A stretch of 64,000 nt of DNA, from the sequence record MZ444140.1; one strand, 5' to 3'. The position numbers were made by a program, and so were the translations under genes. Below are positions 47,370 to 57,604 of this stretch, piece by piece. A model generated the notes under the pieces. It was not told the DNA's origin. It ran no database searches and saw only the letters and a program-made list of their open reading frames with translations. How positions within the stretch are numbered: the stretch's first letter is position 1; the number at the start of each line of letters is the position of its first letter.

Positions 47370-49820
47370 TTACTTAATGGCACGATTCACAGCAGTGTTA
47401 ATTGCATTGGTAAGAGCTACAATGTAATCAACTAGAACGGTGTGGTTTTCAGCCGATTGGCCAACAACTTCCCATACTGCACTAGCTAGTTGCCGGACTT
47501 TCTTTTTACCGGCTTTACTATCCATGCTAGCCACTTTAGAGATATCACGGTTAGCTTGGTCAAGACGACGTACACCGCGGTTACCGCTAACTTTTAGAGA
47601 GGCATTACCAAGACCAATTAGAACTTTAGAAAGTTTCATTAGTTCAGTAACGTCCTTACGGCTAACTTTAGCAGTAGCAGTACCGGTAGCACCCCATTCA
47701 CCAGTTGGAAGTGCAATAGCAGCTAATCGTTCAATATCTTTACTAGTGCGACCAGTTACATCACGGCCAGACTTCTCGAAGGTAAAACTACCTTCTAGTT
47801 TTCCACTGATAAATGAACTCTCAGGATATTTCTTAACAGGTACTTCTAATTTAGTTGCTTCTTCTAGAGCCTTATCAATAGCTTCTTCACTATCAGCTTC
47901 AATAGCAGTTGATAGGTGACCAACTAAACGTTCGATGTATTCACCATCGATTTTGAAGCATTTGTTAATAATATCGCTAATACGACGAACTTCTCCAGCA
48001 ACACCGCGTACTAGATTATCATCACCTTTTAGAATACCATTAATTTTGATTTCTTTATTTTCAAAATTATCAGTATCTTTAAGCTTAACTAGAAGTTGGT
48101 CAGCTTTAGTATTAGCTGCGGCTAGTTCTTTTTGGTTAGCTTTAACATGGATGGATGCATTTGCACCTTCAGCAATGTTGTCGATAATATTTCGAACAAA
48201 CTTACCAATAGTGCTATTAAATGATTCTAGCGAAGTAACCATCGCCTTATAGTAATCTTCTAGATTACCATAACCATAATCTTCCATTGCTGGAACACCA
48301 GGTGAATAGACATCAAAGGCGTTATGCAGGCGTTCTAAACAGCTATTAGCATGTACGATGAACTGAGGACTATATTGCTTATGTTCTAGGCCATAATGTA
48401 GAATCTCAAGCATGGATTCATTTGATGCCTGCTCTTCAAGTAATTGACCAATGGTTTTCTTACCATCTTCAATGTCATCTTCAAGCTTATCGGCTTCTTC
48501 AACTGCCTCATCAGCAGTCTCGTCAGCTTCTTCAACATCATCTTCAGTTACTTCTACGTCAACATCCGGGATGTCAATTTCACCTTCAGCTAACTTTTCT
48601 TCGATGTCATCTTCTGAAACGTCATCATCTGTTTCTGCAACAATTGTTTCACTGTCGTCTTCAACAGCACCTTCTTCAATTGTTGGTTCGGAAATAGTAG
48701 ATGCCGTTTCGGTTTCAGCAACTGTTTCTTCAGTTTCAGCTTCATTGATTAATACATCAGTAGAATCACTGTCATCATTAGTTAATTCTTCTTCAGCTTC
48801 ATCCCGAACTTCTTCCAATTCGCTTAAGCCTTCTTCAGCTACTTCTGCTGTTTCGGCAGCTTCTTCTACAATTGGATCAGTTACAGCTACTTCTTCATCA
48901 ACTGCTACGATTTCATCTGGTTCAGCTTCAGCAGGAACACTTTCAGATTCCGCCTCTACTACTTCAGCTACTTCACTATCAGTTGTATCCGGCGTATCTT
49001 CTACGGTTTCAACAACTTCTGTTTCAGCATCAGCTACAGCTGGTTCAGTAATATCGACTTCTTCAGTTTCAGTAATCTCTACATCAGGTGATTCATTGGA
49101 ACTTTCATCAGCAGTTGTCTGTTCAGCACCGGCTTCTTCCGGTGTCACATCATCATCGATACCAGGAACTGCTTCACTTACAACTTCACCAGCATCTAAC
49201 ACTTCATCTGGTAGTGTATCCATGGTAGATGACACGGGTTCATCACCAGTTGGGAGTTCTTCAGACAGTGGTGCAGGAGGCGGAGTTTCGTCACCAAGTG
49301 GGGTTTCTTCAGTGGGAGTTAATTCCACTGCTGTTTCACCAGGTGCTTCTGCAACAGGCACTAGTTCAGTATCATCAGCCGCATCTTGTGCAGCTTCAAT
49401 AATTTCAGTGGTTGAATCTAAAACCTCTTTACCACCTTCAGAAATTGTACCGATTTCTTCAGCGATTTCAGCTTCAGCAACTTTAACTGCTTCTTCGCCT
49501 TCTTCGACACTAGTGGTAGCTAGCGGTTCAGGAATACTTTCCTCAACAACAGTTTCTTCTGGTACAACTTCTTCAACAATTACTGCTGACTTATCAGCAG
49601 CATGTGCTGTTTCTTCATGTTCTTCAGCAGAGATAATATCAGTATCTGTTTTAACAGTTTCATTCTCAATAGTTGCAGATGCATCATTATCTTTCTTTAA
49701 ATCTTGAACTAGTTCATGATCATCTTTAACAGATGTCTCGACTTTGGATACATCCTGTTCCACAGCCGTACCATCTTGGTTCTCAAGGCTGGCTACATAT
49801 TTGTGAATATTTACCATCAT
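47370..49820 (-). CDS. Inner head (inner body) protein with very long acidic propeptide (gp97 equivalent)
   Basis: 816 aa; E/D/T/V/A-rich N-terminal half; SLE, AME and SLE protease-type sites; C-terminal domain paralogous to the gp93-95-like ORFs. Confidence 0.8.
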   Translation of the reverse strand: MMVNIHKYVASLENQDGTAVEQDVSKVETSVKDDHELVQDLKKDNDASATIENETVKTDTDIISAEEHEETAHAADKSAVIVEEVVPEETVVEESIPEPLATTSVEEGEEAVKVAEAEIAEEIGTISEGGKEVLDSTTEIIEAAQDAADDTELVPVAEAPGETAVELTPTEETPLGDETPPPAPLSEELPTGDEPVSSTMDTLPDEVLDAGEVVSEAVPGIDDDVTPEEAGAEQTTADESSNESPDVEITETEEVDITEPAVADAETEVVETVEDTPDTTDSEVAEVVEAESESVPAEAEPDEIVAVDEEVAVTDPIVEEAAETAEVAEEGLSELEEVRDEAEEELTNDDSDSTDVLINEAETEETVAETETASTISEPTIEEGAVEDDSETIVAETDDDVSEDDIEEKLAEGEIDIPDVDVEVTEDDVEEADETADEAVEEADKLEDDIEDGKKTIGQLLEEQASNESMLEILHYGLEHKQYSPQFIVHANSCLERLHNAFDVYSPGVPAMEDYGYGNLEDYYKAMVTSLESFNSTIGKFVRNIIDNIAEGANASIHVKANQKELAAANTKADQLLVKLKDTDNFENKEIKINGILKGDDNLVRGVAGEVRRISDIINKCFKIDGEYIERLVGHLSTAIEADSEEAIDKALEEATKLEVPVKKYPESSFISGKLEGSFTFEKSGRDVTGRTSKDIERLAAIALPTGEWGATGTATAKVSRKDVTELMKLSKVLIGLGNASLKVSGNRGVRRLDQANRDISKVASMDSKAGKKKVRQLASAVWEVVGQSAENHTVLVDYIVALTNAINTAVNRAIK
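48450..49700 (-). repeat. Acidic low-complexity coding region (propeptide)
   Basis: Degenerate E/D/T/A/V/P repeats. Confidence 0.8.
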
Positions 49821-49919
49821 GTTAATATACCTTCTGTACAGAGTTTATGAGTTATGCTATTCGTCTTAGTCATAACTCCAAGCGACGAACGTTAACATTC
49901 AAAATATTGCGCTGGAATC

Positions 49920-51035
49920 TTACTTTAGATTTTCATCGCATACATTGAGTATGGCAGTCAAATTACGACATGTTAATTTAAATAGGTCGTGATAAGGAAT
50001 AGCCAACCAATCAACATATGTTTCTACCAATGAAACAAGTTCTTGTATTTCTCTATCAGGTCGCCCTTCATTACGAGCACGTGTTAGTTCATCTCTAAAC
50101 CTGATTAATGCACCTTTAAGAGTCCTTAACCGTTCATTTCGACGAGTACGCATTGATGCAGCATTTGCACGATTGATCTTATCAACTACCTTAACAACTC
50201 GATCAATAATACTTTCAGTAACTTGATGGTTGAAATGTTCAAATTCTATTTCGACTGGTAGTGGTCTAGGGGTTTCTTCAGATGGAACTAACCGTGAAGA
50301 AATATCCCTACACTGATCATAAGCACTTGCATTCTTATCGGGATTATAGTTAATTACAATTTGATGATTACCTAGCAAATGCAATGATACAAATCGATTA
50401 CCTTGATCGCGATAAACAGATGGTGTGGTTATTTTAGTTGGGGCACTATTTAATAGTAGTTCTGCTAAAGCATCTGGACTAGCATTTGGATTCATATACG
50501 AAGGTATGATATTAGCTGGCCTTAGAATCACATTGTCTAATCCATTGATATACCCATCAACTACTGTCTCCAATACGCGTAAGTGAGATAACAAATTAGC
50601 ACTATTGGTAATAGGTTTATATCTAACACTTAAGTTCTGAATACGAGTTGTAATTAGAAATGTAGGATTCTTATTTTTACGAGTTCTAGCACGACTGTTA
50701 ACTCGTAAGTTTTCTGCTCGAATTGCAACATATTCAGCAGTAGCTGCTAGCACTACTCCACTATCCATCAGTTTCTCAATAGTGGTAACAAATAGTTTTA
50801 TAACTCGATCAATAACATGTTTAATAGTATCACTAATATCTTCAGTAGATACAACATCCTCTAATTCTTTGATAACCCCTTGGATCTGATTATAATCTTC
50901 CATACCGCCTAATAGATCCATCACTCGCCTAGCTAACGCTTCATCGCCTGATAATAAATCTGCAAGTCTTTTAGGTTCATCAAGATCAATAATCATTTCA
51001 TCTGGAGTATCTTTATAAATATCAATTAATTCCAT
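49920..51035 (-). CDS. Head protein (gp96 equivalent)
   Basis: 371 aa; GME|DYN and STE|DIS sites followed by a helix like those in gp93-95. Confidence 0.7.
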   Translation of the reverse strand: MELIDIYKDTPDEMIIDLDEPKRLADLLSGDEALARRVMDLLGGMEDYNQIQGVIKELEDVVSTEDISDTIKHVIDRVIKLFVTTIEKLMDSGVVLAATAEYVAIRAENLRVNSRARTRKNKNPTFLITTRIQNLSVRYKPITNSANLLSHLRVLETVVDGYINGLDNVILRPANIIPSYMNPNASPDALAELLLNSAPTKITTPSVYRDQGNRFVSLHLLGNHQIVINYNPDKNASAYDQCRDISSRLVPSEETPRPLPVEIEFEHFNHQVTESIIDRVVKVVDKINRANAASMRTRRNERLRTLKGALIRFRDELTRARNEGRPDREIQELVSLVETYVDWLAIPYHDLFKLTCRNLTAILNVCDENLK

Positions 51036-51053
51036 TGCTAACTCCTAACATAA

Positions 51054-51077
51054 GACGGGACTCTTCCGAGCCCCGTC
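51054..51077 (-). terminator. Intrinsic terminator
   Basis: GACGGGGCTC-GGAA-GAGTCCCGTC followed by TTATGTT on the minus strand. Confidence 0.75.
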
Positions 51078-51096
51078 GATATGTCGTCACTTATCA

Positions 51097-52740
51097 TTAT
51101 TCTGCTTGGAATTTAGTGTTAATTACACTATTATAAAGTCCAGTTGCAGTATTTGCGTAACGCATTGCTTCACGAATAATGGAGTCATGTTTAGGTGCAC
51201 TATCTGTAATAATAGATGCTACCTTACGTGATACTTCTTCGATCTGTTCTTTAGAAACATCGTCGATTTTATCACTCTCTAGTTTCCGTGAAAGTTGATC
51301 AACATCATCTTCAAGTTGCTTAATGGCTTTAACAATGTTCCGTCCGCCAGTGATAACATTAGCTGCATCATCAACCAGATTACGTAGAGCTACCGCTTCT
51401 TTCTTAGCTTGACTCTTATCAAAGTTCTTTAAAGTCACTTCAGTGCCAGGTTCTGCGGCTGTCTCATCATCCGTTAGATATACTTGAGTAGCAGTCGTAG
51501 TTACAAGCTTATTACCCGGTAAAGTGTTAGATGTACTAGCGTAGTGTTTGAGAGGTCCATCTTGAAGTTTGTCCATCTTCTCAACTAGTTCACTAGCATC
51601 ATTACGCTCTGGATCCCAAGCTTTAAGCACAGTACCAATATTCGTTAGGTAGGTGGCATAGTCTTTTGCATATACAGATGCCATCCATTTAACGATAGGG
51701 CCATATCCAACGTTAGCTGAAGGCTGAATGAATTTACCATTAGCAAATACGGGTCCACCATTTTTAACAGGAACCGTTAATTCACTGGGTATATTTTCAA
51801 ACTTAGCATTTTGGATAGCTAAAATGAGTTCATCAACTTTTACACTCACACGCGGTACACTATTCTTAAGACTATCCCATACGTGGCTAATAATTTCACG
51901 TAGTTTAGCAATAGCTTTCTTGATATAAGCAAGCGCCTTACGACTTAACTCTTTAATATCCTCAGTTGAAATCTTAACTGGATATAAATGACTTTTACCA
52001 CCAGTCGTATAGTTTTCTAATGAGCTAGTTAAAGTATTATCACCAAGTACATGACGATGTGGTAAGAGTGCAGAATGAATAAATGCAGCTGTACTTTGAC
52101 TGATACCATTAATACCAGCTTGTCGAACAAGAGCTTTAATCGACTCTAGGGCATATGCGGTATTTAGACCTTGATTAATATCTTGCACTGCTGTAGTAAC
52201 TACTTGTGCATTACCAATGTCCATGAAATCAGTAGGTTTATCCATATCCACTGCAACAGCGATCTGTGGCACCACGCCATTATGCGCTAGTGGAATAGAA
52301 CTATCTTTGGCAGCCTGATCAGCGATTTGCTGAGTTACTGTTTCACCACCTTGTGGTTCCTCTCCTTCGGCACCTGCTGGAATAACTGTTTCAACAGCAA
52401 TATTAGGTTGTTCAGGAATAGGGGGTACTTCTGTTACTACATCTGTTTCAACTACGGTAACTGGTACAGCTGGTTGTTCAACTAGAGTAGCAGCTGGAGT
52501 CTCAACAATAACGCCATTATTAGGAGTATTAACAATAGTGGTATCTGCATCCACTGGTGCAGTTGGTGTTACACCAACATTATTGTCAGTCACATCTTGA
52601 ATAGTATTTTCAGGTACAGCGTCTTCAGAAATACAATCGCCACTAGTCATGGCTGCTACTTTATCAACTGCTGTTTCAGGAATAGGTACCTCAGTATAGT
52701 CTTCTAGACTATCTAGATACTCATTGAGTTTAAATGTCAT
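51097..52740 (-). CDS. Inner head protein (gp95 equivalent)
   Basis: SLE, ALE, SLE and STE sites; AGINGISQSTAAFIH motif shared with gp93/94. Confidence 0.8.
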   Translation of the reverse strand: MTFKLNEYLDSLEDYTEVPIPETAVDKVAAMTSGDCISEDAVPENTIQDVTDNNVGVTPTAPVDADTTIVNTPNNGVIVETPAATLVEQPAVPVTVVETDVVTEVPPIPEQPNIAVETVIPAGAEGEEPQGGETVTQQIADQAAKDSSIPLAHNGVVPQIAVAVDMDKPTDFMDIGNAQVVTTAVQDINQGLNTAYALESIKALVRQAGINGISQSTAAFIHSALLPHRHVLGDNTLTSSLENYTTGGKSHLYPVKISTEDIKELSRKALAYIKKAIAKLREIISHVWDSLKNSVPRVSVKVDELILAIQNAKFENIPSELTVPVKNGGPVFANGKFIQPSANVGYGPIVKWMASVYAKDYATYLTNIGTVLKAWDPERNDASELVEKMDKLQDGPLKHYASTSNTLPGNKLVTTTATQVYLTDDETAAEPGTEVTLKNFDKSQAKKEAVALRNLVDDAANVITGGRNIVKAIKQLEDDVDQLSRKLESDKIDDVSKEQIEEVSRKVASIITDSAPKHDSIIREAMRYANTATGLYNSVINTKFQAE

Positions 52741-52827
52741 GTTATTTCCTCAAGGAATTTCTTTGCGCGCGTTTAACAATAAACCATAGAATTAGGTACT
52801 TAGATAAAAATGAACACTTAGATATAT

Positions 52828-54345
52828 TTATTGGCCATATCTTTCTAATTCCATATTACAAACAGCATTTCGTTGCTTTGCAATACGTAATAGGTAACTA
52901 ATTAGTGTTGCGTATTCTGGTGACATATCGGTAATAAAGCCATTAACTAAAGATATAATCTCATTTGCATCATCACGAGCACCTTTCCAAATAGCTTTAG
53001 ACCTACGTAGCTCCATGTCCTCAATGCCCTGTGCAACCTTCTTCAGTTGTTCAAGGACATCTTTTTCAGCTTTAAATAGATCACCTAAACGACGAATAGC
53101 TTCTTTATTAACTTCTAATGTTTTACGCACTTCAACAGGCGGCCTTGGCTCGATCGTGATTGTATCTGGACCATCACCATGTTTATCTTCACCAAGTCGT
53201 GGAGCATATTTATCTTTCTGGAATATAAGTTTACTATTACCAGGTAGAGAAGTATCTTTTACTTTATCTAACTGATTAGCTTCACCAATAAATTCAAAAG
53301 CCTCTTTAAACTTATCTAGTTCATTATCTTCTAAGTCGTAGTCTTTAATTAATTTAACTACTTTATCAATGTTTGATCTAGCTATATTTGGCCATTCTTT
53401 AGCTAGAAATTGACTAACTTTTGTTTCATTAGTTAAATCGTCTAAAACAAATTCATCACCAATGAATAACATTTTAGGATTGTCAATTTTAATTGACATA
53501 TCAAAATCAGGTGTTACCCTTTCATTTGATACAGTTGGCTTATTGATTAAACTTTTCGCTTTTTCAATTAACTCATCAGTTTTATCTTCAACTGATTTGA
53601 TTCCAGTTAGTACACGCTGTGCCGCTACTTTAGCTTGTTCAATAACATGGACTATTAAAGCAAGTATCTTTTTACCTATACTTTCAATACGTTCTTTTAT
53701 TTCTTCTTGAGAAATATTTACAAAACGCATAGCGCTGCTAGGGGTTGCATTAAAATCTTCAATACTAATCTTTTCAAAGCCGATAAGCTTATCAATTGAT
53801 TCTAATGTAACGTGCATAAAAGCAGCTGATTGTTTAGTAATACCTCTATCACCAGCGGTATTTAATAAATCTATAAAACATTCTAAACTAGTACGCGCAT
53901 GCAGTAATTGATTTAGCTGATATGTCATGTTTTGAGATGGAGGTGTATCATACGCAAAGATATTTAAATGATCATCATCACTATCTAAATCTTTACCATC
54001 CACTGGTGTAGGTCTATTATCAGGACTTTCTCGGGTATCATGGGGTGATGCTGGATATTCTTCTGATGCGACGTATGTTTTACCAAATGAATCAACTTCA
54101 GTAACTAAACCACGATCTGATTTCCAATGGATATTAGGTTTATGTGCTTCTTCAACATCTAACCCATTATTAGTTGCTTTTACATCATTTGGTAATTCAT
54201 CAATTAATTTGGCAGCTTCTTCTGGTTCTTTAGATAATTGCTTGTCGTCTGTAGCAGCGTGCTTTAGTTTGGCTTTCGCGACTTTTTCTTTTACTTCGAC
54301 AACACCATAACCTTCTAAACTATCAAGTAACTTATTTAAGTTCAT
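52828..54345 (-). CDS. Inner head protein (gp94 equivalent)
   Basis: AGDRGITKQSAAFMH motif; SLE and SIE sites. Confidence 0.8.
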   Translation of the reverse strand: MNLNKLLDSLEGYGVVEVKEKVAKAKLKHAATDDKQLSKEPEEAAKLIDELPNDVKATNNGLDVEEAHKPNIHWKSDRGLVTEVDSFGKTYVASEEYPASPHDTRESPDNRPTPVDGKDLDSDDDHLNIFAYDTPPSQNMTYQLNQLLHARTSLECFIDLLNTAGDRGITKQSAAFMHVTLESIDKLIGFEKISIEDFNATPSSAMRFVNISQEEIKERIESIGKKILALIVHVIEQAKVAAQRVLTGIKSVEDKTDELIEKAKSLINKPTVSNERVTPDFDMSIKIDNPKMLFIGDEFVLDDLTNETKVSQFLAKEWPNIARSNIDKVVKLIKDYDLEDNELDKFKEAFEFIGEANQLDKVKDTSLPGNSKLIFQKDKYAPRLGEDKHGDGPDTITIEPRPPVEVRKTLEVNKEAIRRLGDLFKAEKDVLEQLKKVAQGIEDMELRRSKAIWKGARDDANEIISLVNGFITDMSPEYATLISYLLRIAKQRNAVCNMELERYGQ

Positions 54346-54382
54346 TTACAATTCCTCAAGAATACTTAATTACATAGCATAA

Positions 54383-54404
54383 GAGGAACCCCGAAGGGTT
54401 CCTC
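54383..54404 (-). terminator. Intrinsic terminator
   Basis: GAGGAACCC-TTCG-GGGTTCCTC followed by TTATG on the minus strand. Confidence 0.85.
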
Positions 54405-54414
54405 ATTATGTTTG

Positions 54415-55722
54415 TTACTTCTCATCATTCTCAGGTGCTTTAGAAGTTTCTTTGCCGTACGCAGCTAATTCATGTTTAACAATAAATGTATACTGCGCAG
54501 CGATGCATTTAGCAATATAGTTAACTAGTGCACTATTATCAATACCACCAATATTCAGTGCATCACGCGCTGTTTCTTTTGACATGCCTGCTTCGTCAGG
54601 ATTCCAATCAGCTAGGGCCTTTTCAAGATTCTCAGCAATCTTGTAATCAATCTTATTAAAGTCCTGTAGTTTAATAACAAGACCTTTAAGAATATTAAGA
54701 TGTGCTAAGATTTTACTCGGTGCACGGACATCAACTTCAACTTCATGTAGATCCGTTTCCCCATCACCCTCAACAACTTCCCACTTATTCACACCCGACT
54801 TAGAAGAAGTAACTTCTAACTTAACATTACCAGGAGCTTTCTCAACGGCTTTATTAATATCTTCAGCCATCTTAGCTTGTAAATCACTGGTGACTTGATC
54901 AATATCAATAGACTTGTCACCTTTGAGATAACGTACTCCAAGTTCGCCATATTTCCTAAGAGCAGATACATACTGAGTTGAGAATACAGTCATGAAGTCT
55001 GCAATAGTCTTCGGATTATTTGCAATAAAGCCACTACTAGATACCATATACTCAGAAGGAGTGAACTTAATCTCTTCTTTCTTTAGATCACCGGCTTTGA
55101 GTGATTTAATAGCATCAATAGTTTTAGTAATACGCATATCGAGTGCAATCAGCTTAGGATTAAAATCTTTAATCTTCTGCTTTATCATTGCAACAATTTT
55201 CTTGATAATCTCTAAAGCTTTCTTACCTGCTTCTTTTAGTTTCTCTTTGAGATCCTCAAGAGAGATAACAGCTGCTTTCTGAATAGCGCTGCGTGGAGAA
55301 GCATCGTAATTCTCAAGCGCGGCAGTGAGTCCAGATTTTTCAATACCTAGGATACGATCGATTGATTCCATGCCAACATGCATGAAGGCAGCTGCTTGTC
55401 GAGAGATACCATCTTCACCAGCTTGAAGTAAAAGACCTTGGAACTTTTCAAGTGCTTCTTTAGCATCTTCAATTAGCCCTAATTCATCTTCAGCTTGAAC
55501 AATAGTTACTTCAGTATCTAATGCAGTTGGTTGAATAGCATCATCTGCATCAAGAACTTCTTCTACGGGATTATTTTCAATCTGATCTACTTCTGCTAAA
55601 ACGGATGATACATCAGCAGAAGTTTTATTTTCAACGACTAATTCAACATCACCATGAATCGTAGTGCCTTGATCTTCAATTGATTCAAGTGATAGTTTGT
55701 CTAGCATTTTAAGTAGAGACAT
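54415..55722 (-). CDS. Inner head protein (gp93 equivalent)
   Basis: AGEDGISRQAAAFMH motif; SLE, ALE, GME, ALE and SLE sites. Confidence 0.8.
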   Translation of the reverse strand: MSLLKMLDKLSLESIEDQGTTIHGDVELVVENKTSADVSSVLAEVDQIENNPVEEVLDADDAIQPTALDTEVTIVQAEDELGLIEDAKEALEKFQGLLLQAGEDGISRQAAAFMHVGMESIDRILGIEKSGLTAALENYDASPRSAIQKAAVISLEDLKEKLKEAGKKALEIIKKIVAMIKQKIKDFNPKLIALDMRITKTIDAIKSLKAGDLKKEEIKFTPSEYMVSSSGFIANNPKTIADFMTVFSTQYVSALRKYGELGVRYLKGDKSIDIDQVTSDLQAKMAEDINKAVEKAPGNVKLEVTSSKSGVNKWEVVEGDGETDLHEVEVDVRAPSKILAHLNILKGLVIKLQDFNKIDYKIAENLEKALADWNPDEAGMSKETARDALNIGGIDNSALVNYIAKCIAAQYTFIVKHELAAYGKETSKAPENDEK

Positions 55723-55727
55723 GTTAA

Positions 55728-57050
55728 TTACCTTACCTGGGAGGGATTATTTACTTGTTCTTGCGTAGGTCTTTGAATTGGACGCTGGTAAGCTTTTAAT
55801 TCTAACTCGGTCACGAATACTAGTCGACCCATTACTCTGACTAAACCAGCAAGAGCATTACTAAAATCTGTTACAACGCGACTTACATTATTGATCATTA
55901 ATGTAATTGAATTAATGATATTTGAGATAGCAGGGATGCCATCAGGTGCATCAGGATCTTGAACTTTTGCTTGACGATTTCGCATATTAGATTGTTGTGC
56001 CCGAATCCTACCAGCTTGTTGACGATTAGTCTCGGCTAACTGCATTAACCTACCAAATTCAAAATCTAGTTTAGTTGCATAATCTTTTCTAGCATCTATA
56101 CGTTTAGCCATTTCGCTTAATAATACTAACCGTCTTCCAATTGAACTCGTATCATTAACCTTAAAGGTATTGTTACCTTCAGGTGCATCCTTCATAGTAG
56201 GAATAGTATAAAACTTAAAGGCAAAATCACGGACAGTATTTACTAAAAAATCCCAATCCCTGATCTCTTCAGTCTGTGTTTCAGTTGGCCCTGCGCCAAA
56301 TAAAGTCTTATTACCTTGAACTGGCATACTACGATAAACTGTAGAACTTACTCTAAATCTATCATCTTTCTTAATAGGTACTGCACCCTTCATCCAGTTC
56401 TTAACATTAAACTTACTAAAGTCTTGTGCAGCTCTATCAGTCCATTTTTCATCAAATGATAATTTCCTAAGGATATCCGCTACAGATTGGATATACAAGA
56501 GTAGGGATTTATCATAGAAAGCTATCAAGTTGTTAACTTGCATGAGTATCGGATCAACTGTAGTCGGTTCGAATTTACCATCAATACTAAATCGTTTAGT
56601 ATTTTTAAATTTTAATTCTTGCTTAAATGGCTCATGCTTAATATTTTCAGCTCTTTCTAAAAGCATGTTTATTCGTTCAAGAGTACGTTGATTACCTTGT
56701 GTAATAACACGTGCATACTCTTTTAACTCATCTCGATGCTTTGCTTGGGATTTTTTCATTTCATCCCAGGTATTTCGTGCTGTCTTAGATAGGTCTTCTA
56801 ATGACACATTCTCAGTTTTTAGAATGTGTTCACTAACAACATCTTGGTTATCTGCATATTTTTGAAATAAGCCATCGGTATAGGTTTTAACTAAAATGTC
56901 TTTTTCAGTGCATTCTAATCTACTTTGAATATCTTCAATTGATGGCAATAATTCTTTTAGATATCCATCGCATGTAGCGATCATATCGACGGGGCTGTCC
57001 CCGTCGATTGATTCAAGTAAGACCGAATGACTAAGTGAATTATTAGTCAT
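55728..57050 (-). CDS. Head protein (gp92 equivalent)
   Basis: 440 aa; SIE and SLE sites in the N-terminus. Confidence 0.7.
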   Translation of the reverse strand: MTNNSLSHSVLLESIDGDSPVDMIATCDGYLKELLPSIEDIQSRLECTEKDILVKTYTDGLFQKYADNQDVVSEHILKTENVSLEDLSKTARNTWDEMKKSQAKHRDELKEYARVITQGNQRTLERINMLLERAENIKHEPFKQELKFKNTKRFSIDGKFEPTTVDPILMQVNNLIAFYDKSLLLYIQSVADILRKLSFDEKWTDRAAQDFSKFNVKNWMKGAVPIKKDDRFRVSSTVYRSMPVQGNKTLFGAGPTETQTEEIRDWDFLVNTVRDFAFKFYTIPTMKDAPEGNNTFKVNDTSSIGRRLVLLSEMAKRIDARKDYATKLDFEFGRLMQLAETNRQQAGRIRAQQSNMRNRQAKVQDPDAPDGIPAISNIINSITLMINNVSRVVTDFSNALAGLVRVMGRLVFVTELELKAYQRPIQRPTQEQVNNPSQVR

Positions 57051-57059
57051 AGATAGTCC

Positions 57060-57590
57060 TCAGTCCTTATCTATTACTTCTACAGATCCAAATAGTAGAT
57101 GTAGGGTATACATTAGATCATTCATACCGTTTTTGTGTTTAACCCAATTCTGGATCATTGAAACAGTATCTAGATCTAATTTTAACTCATTAAAGAGAGT
57201 AGCAATTTCAGCGCGCGGTTCAATGAGTTGTGCACCAGCATCTGGTTCAGTAGCTAGTAACATTGGCCATTGGGTAATTGAAATACGTCGATGACCCGTA
57301 GCAATGTATCGAACAGTATCTAATAGGAATTGATAATTATAACTATCAATATTACTATTATTGTCCTGTAGAATAAACCAATTATAGTTTCCGCTAAAAA
57401 GACGAATAGCACAAGCTAGAACTTTCTTATGGAATTCCCAATATGCAGTTTGTGCAGGAAAGTTGGTAAAGATAAGATATAGTTCTTCAACTTGAGGATC
57501 ACCGGGACGAGCAGTGAACCGTGAAATGGCCTGTTGTTGACCACCTGAGTAATTACGACCAAATGGGCGTACAGCATTAGTTGCTGGCAT
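57060..57590 (-). CDS. Minor head protein (gp91 equivalent)
   Basis: Start probably 57590 (GGAGGG RBS); alternative coupled start at 57605. Confidence 0.65.
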   Translation of the reverse strand: MPATNAVRPFGRNYSGGQQQAISRFTARPGDPQVEELYLIFTNFPAQTAYWEFHKKVLACAIRLFSGNYNWFILQDNNSNIDSYNYQFLLDTVRYIATGHRRISITQWPMLLATEPDAGAQLIEPRAEIATLFNELKLDLDTVSMIQNWVKHKNGMNDLMYTLHLLFGSVEVIDKD

Positions 57591-57604
57591 ATCAATGCCC
57601 TCCA

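Noticed and set aside
48451-49707. 418-aa Ser/Thr-rich ORF on the + strand
   Set aside because: Antisense shadow of the acidic gp97-like propeptide: GAA/GAT-rich codons read as TCx/ATC on the other strand and rarely give stops. No RBS and no domain.
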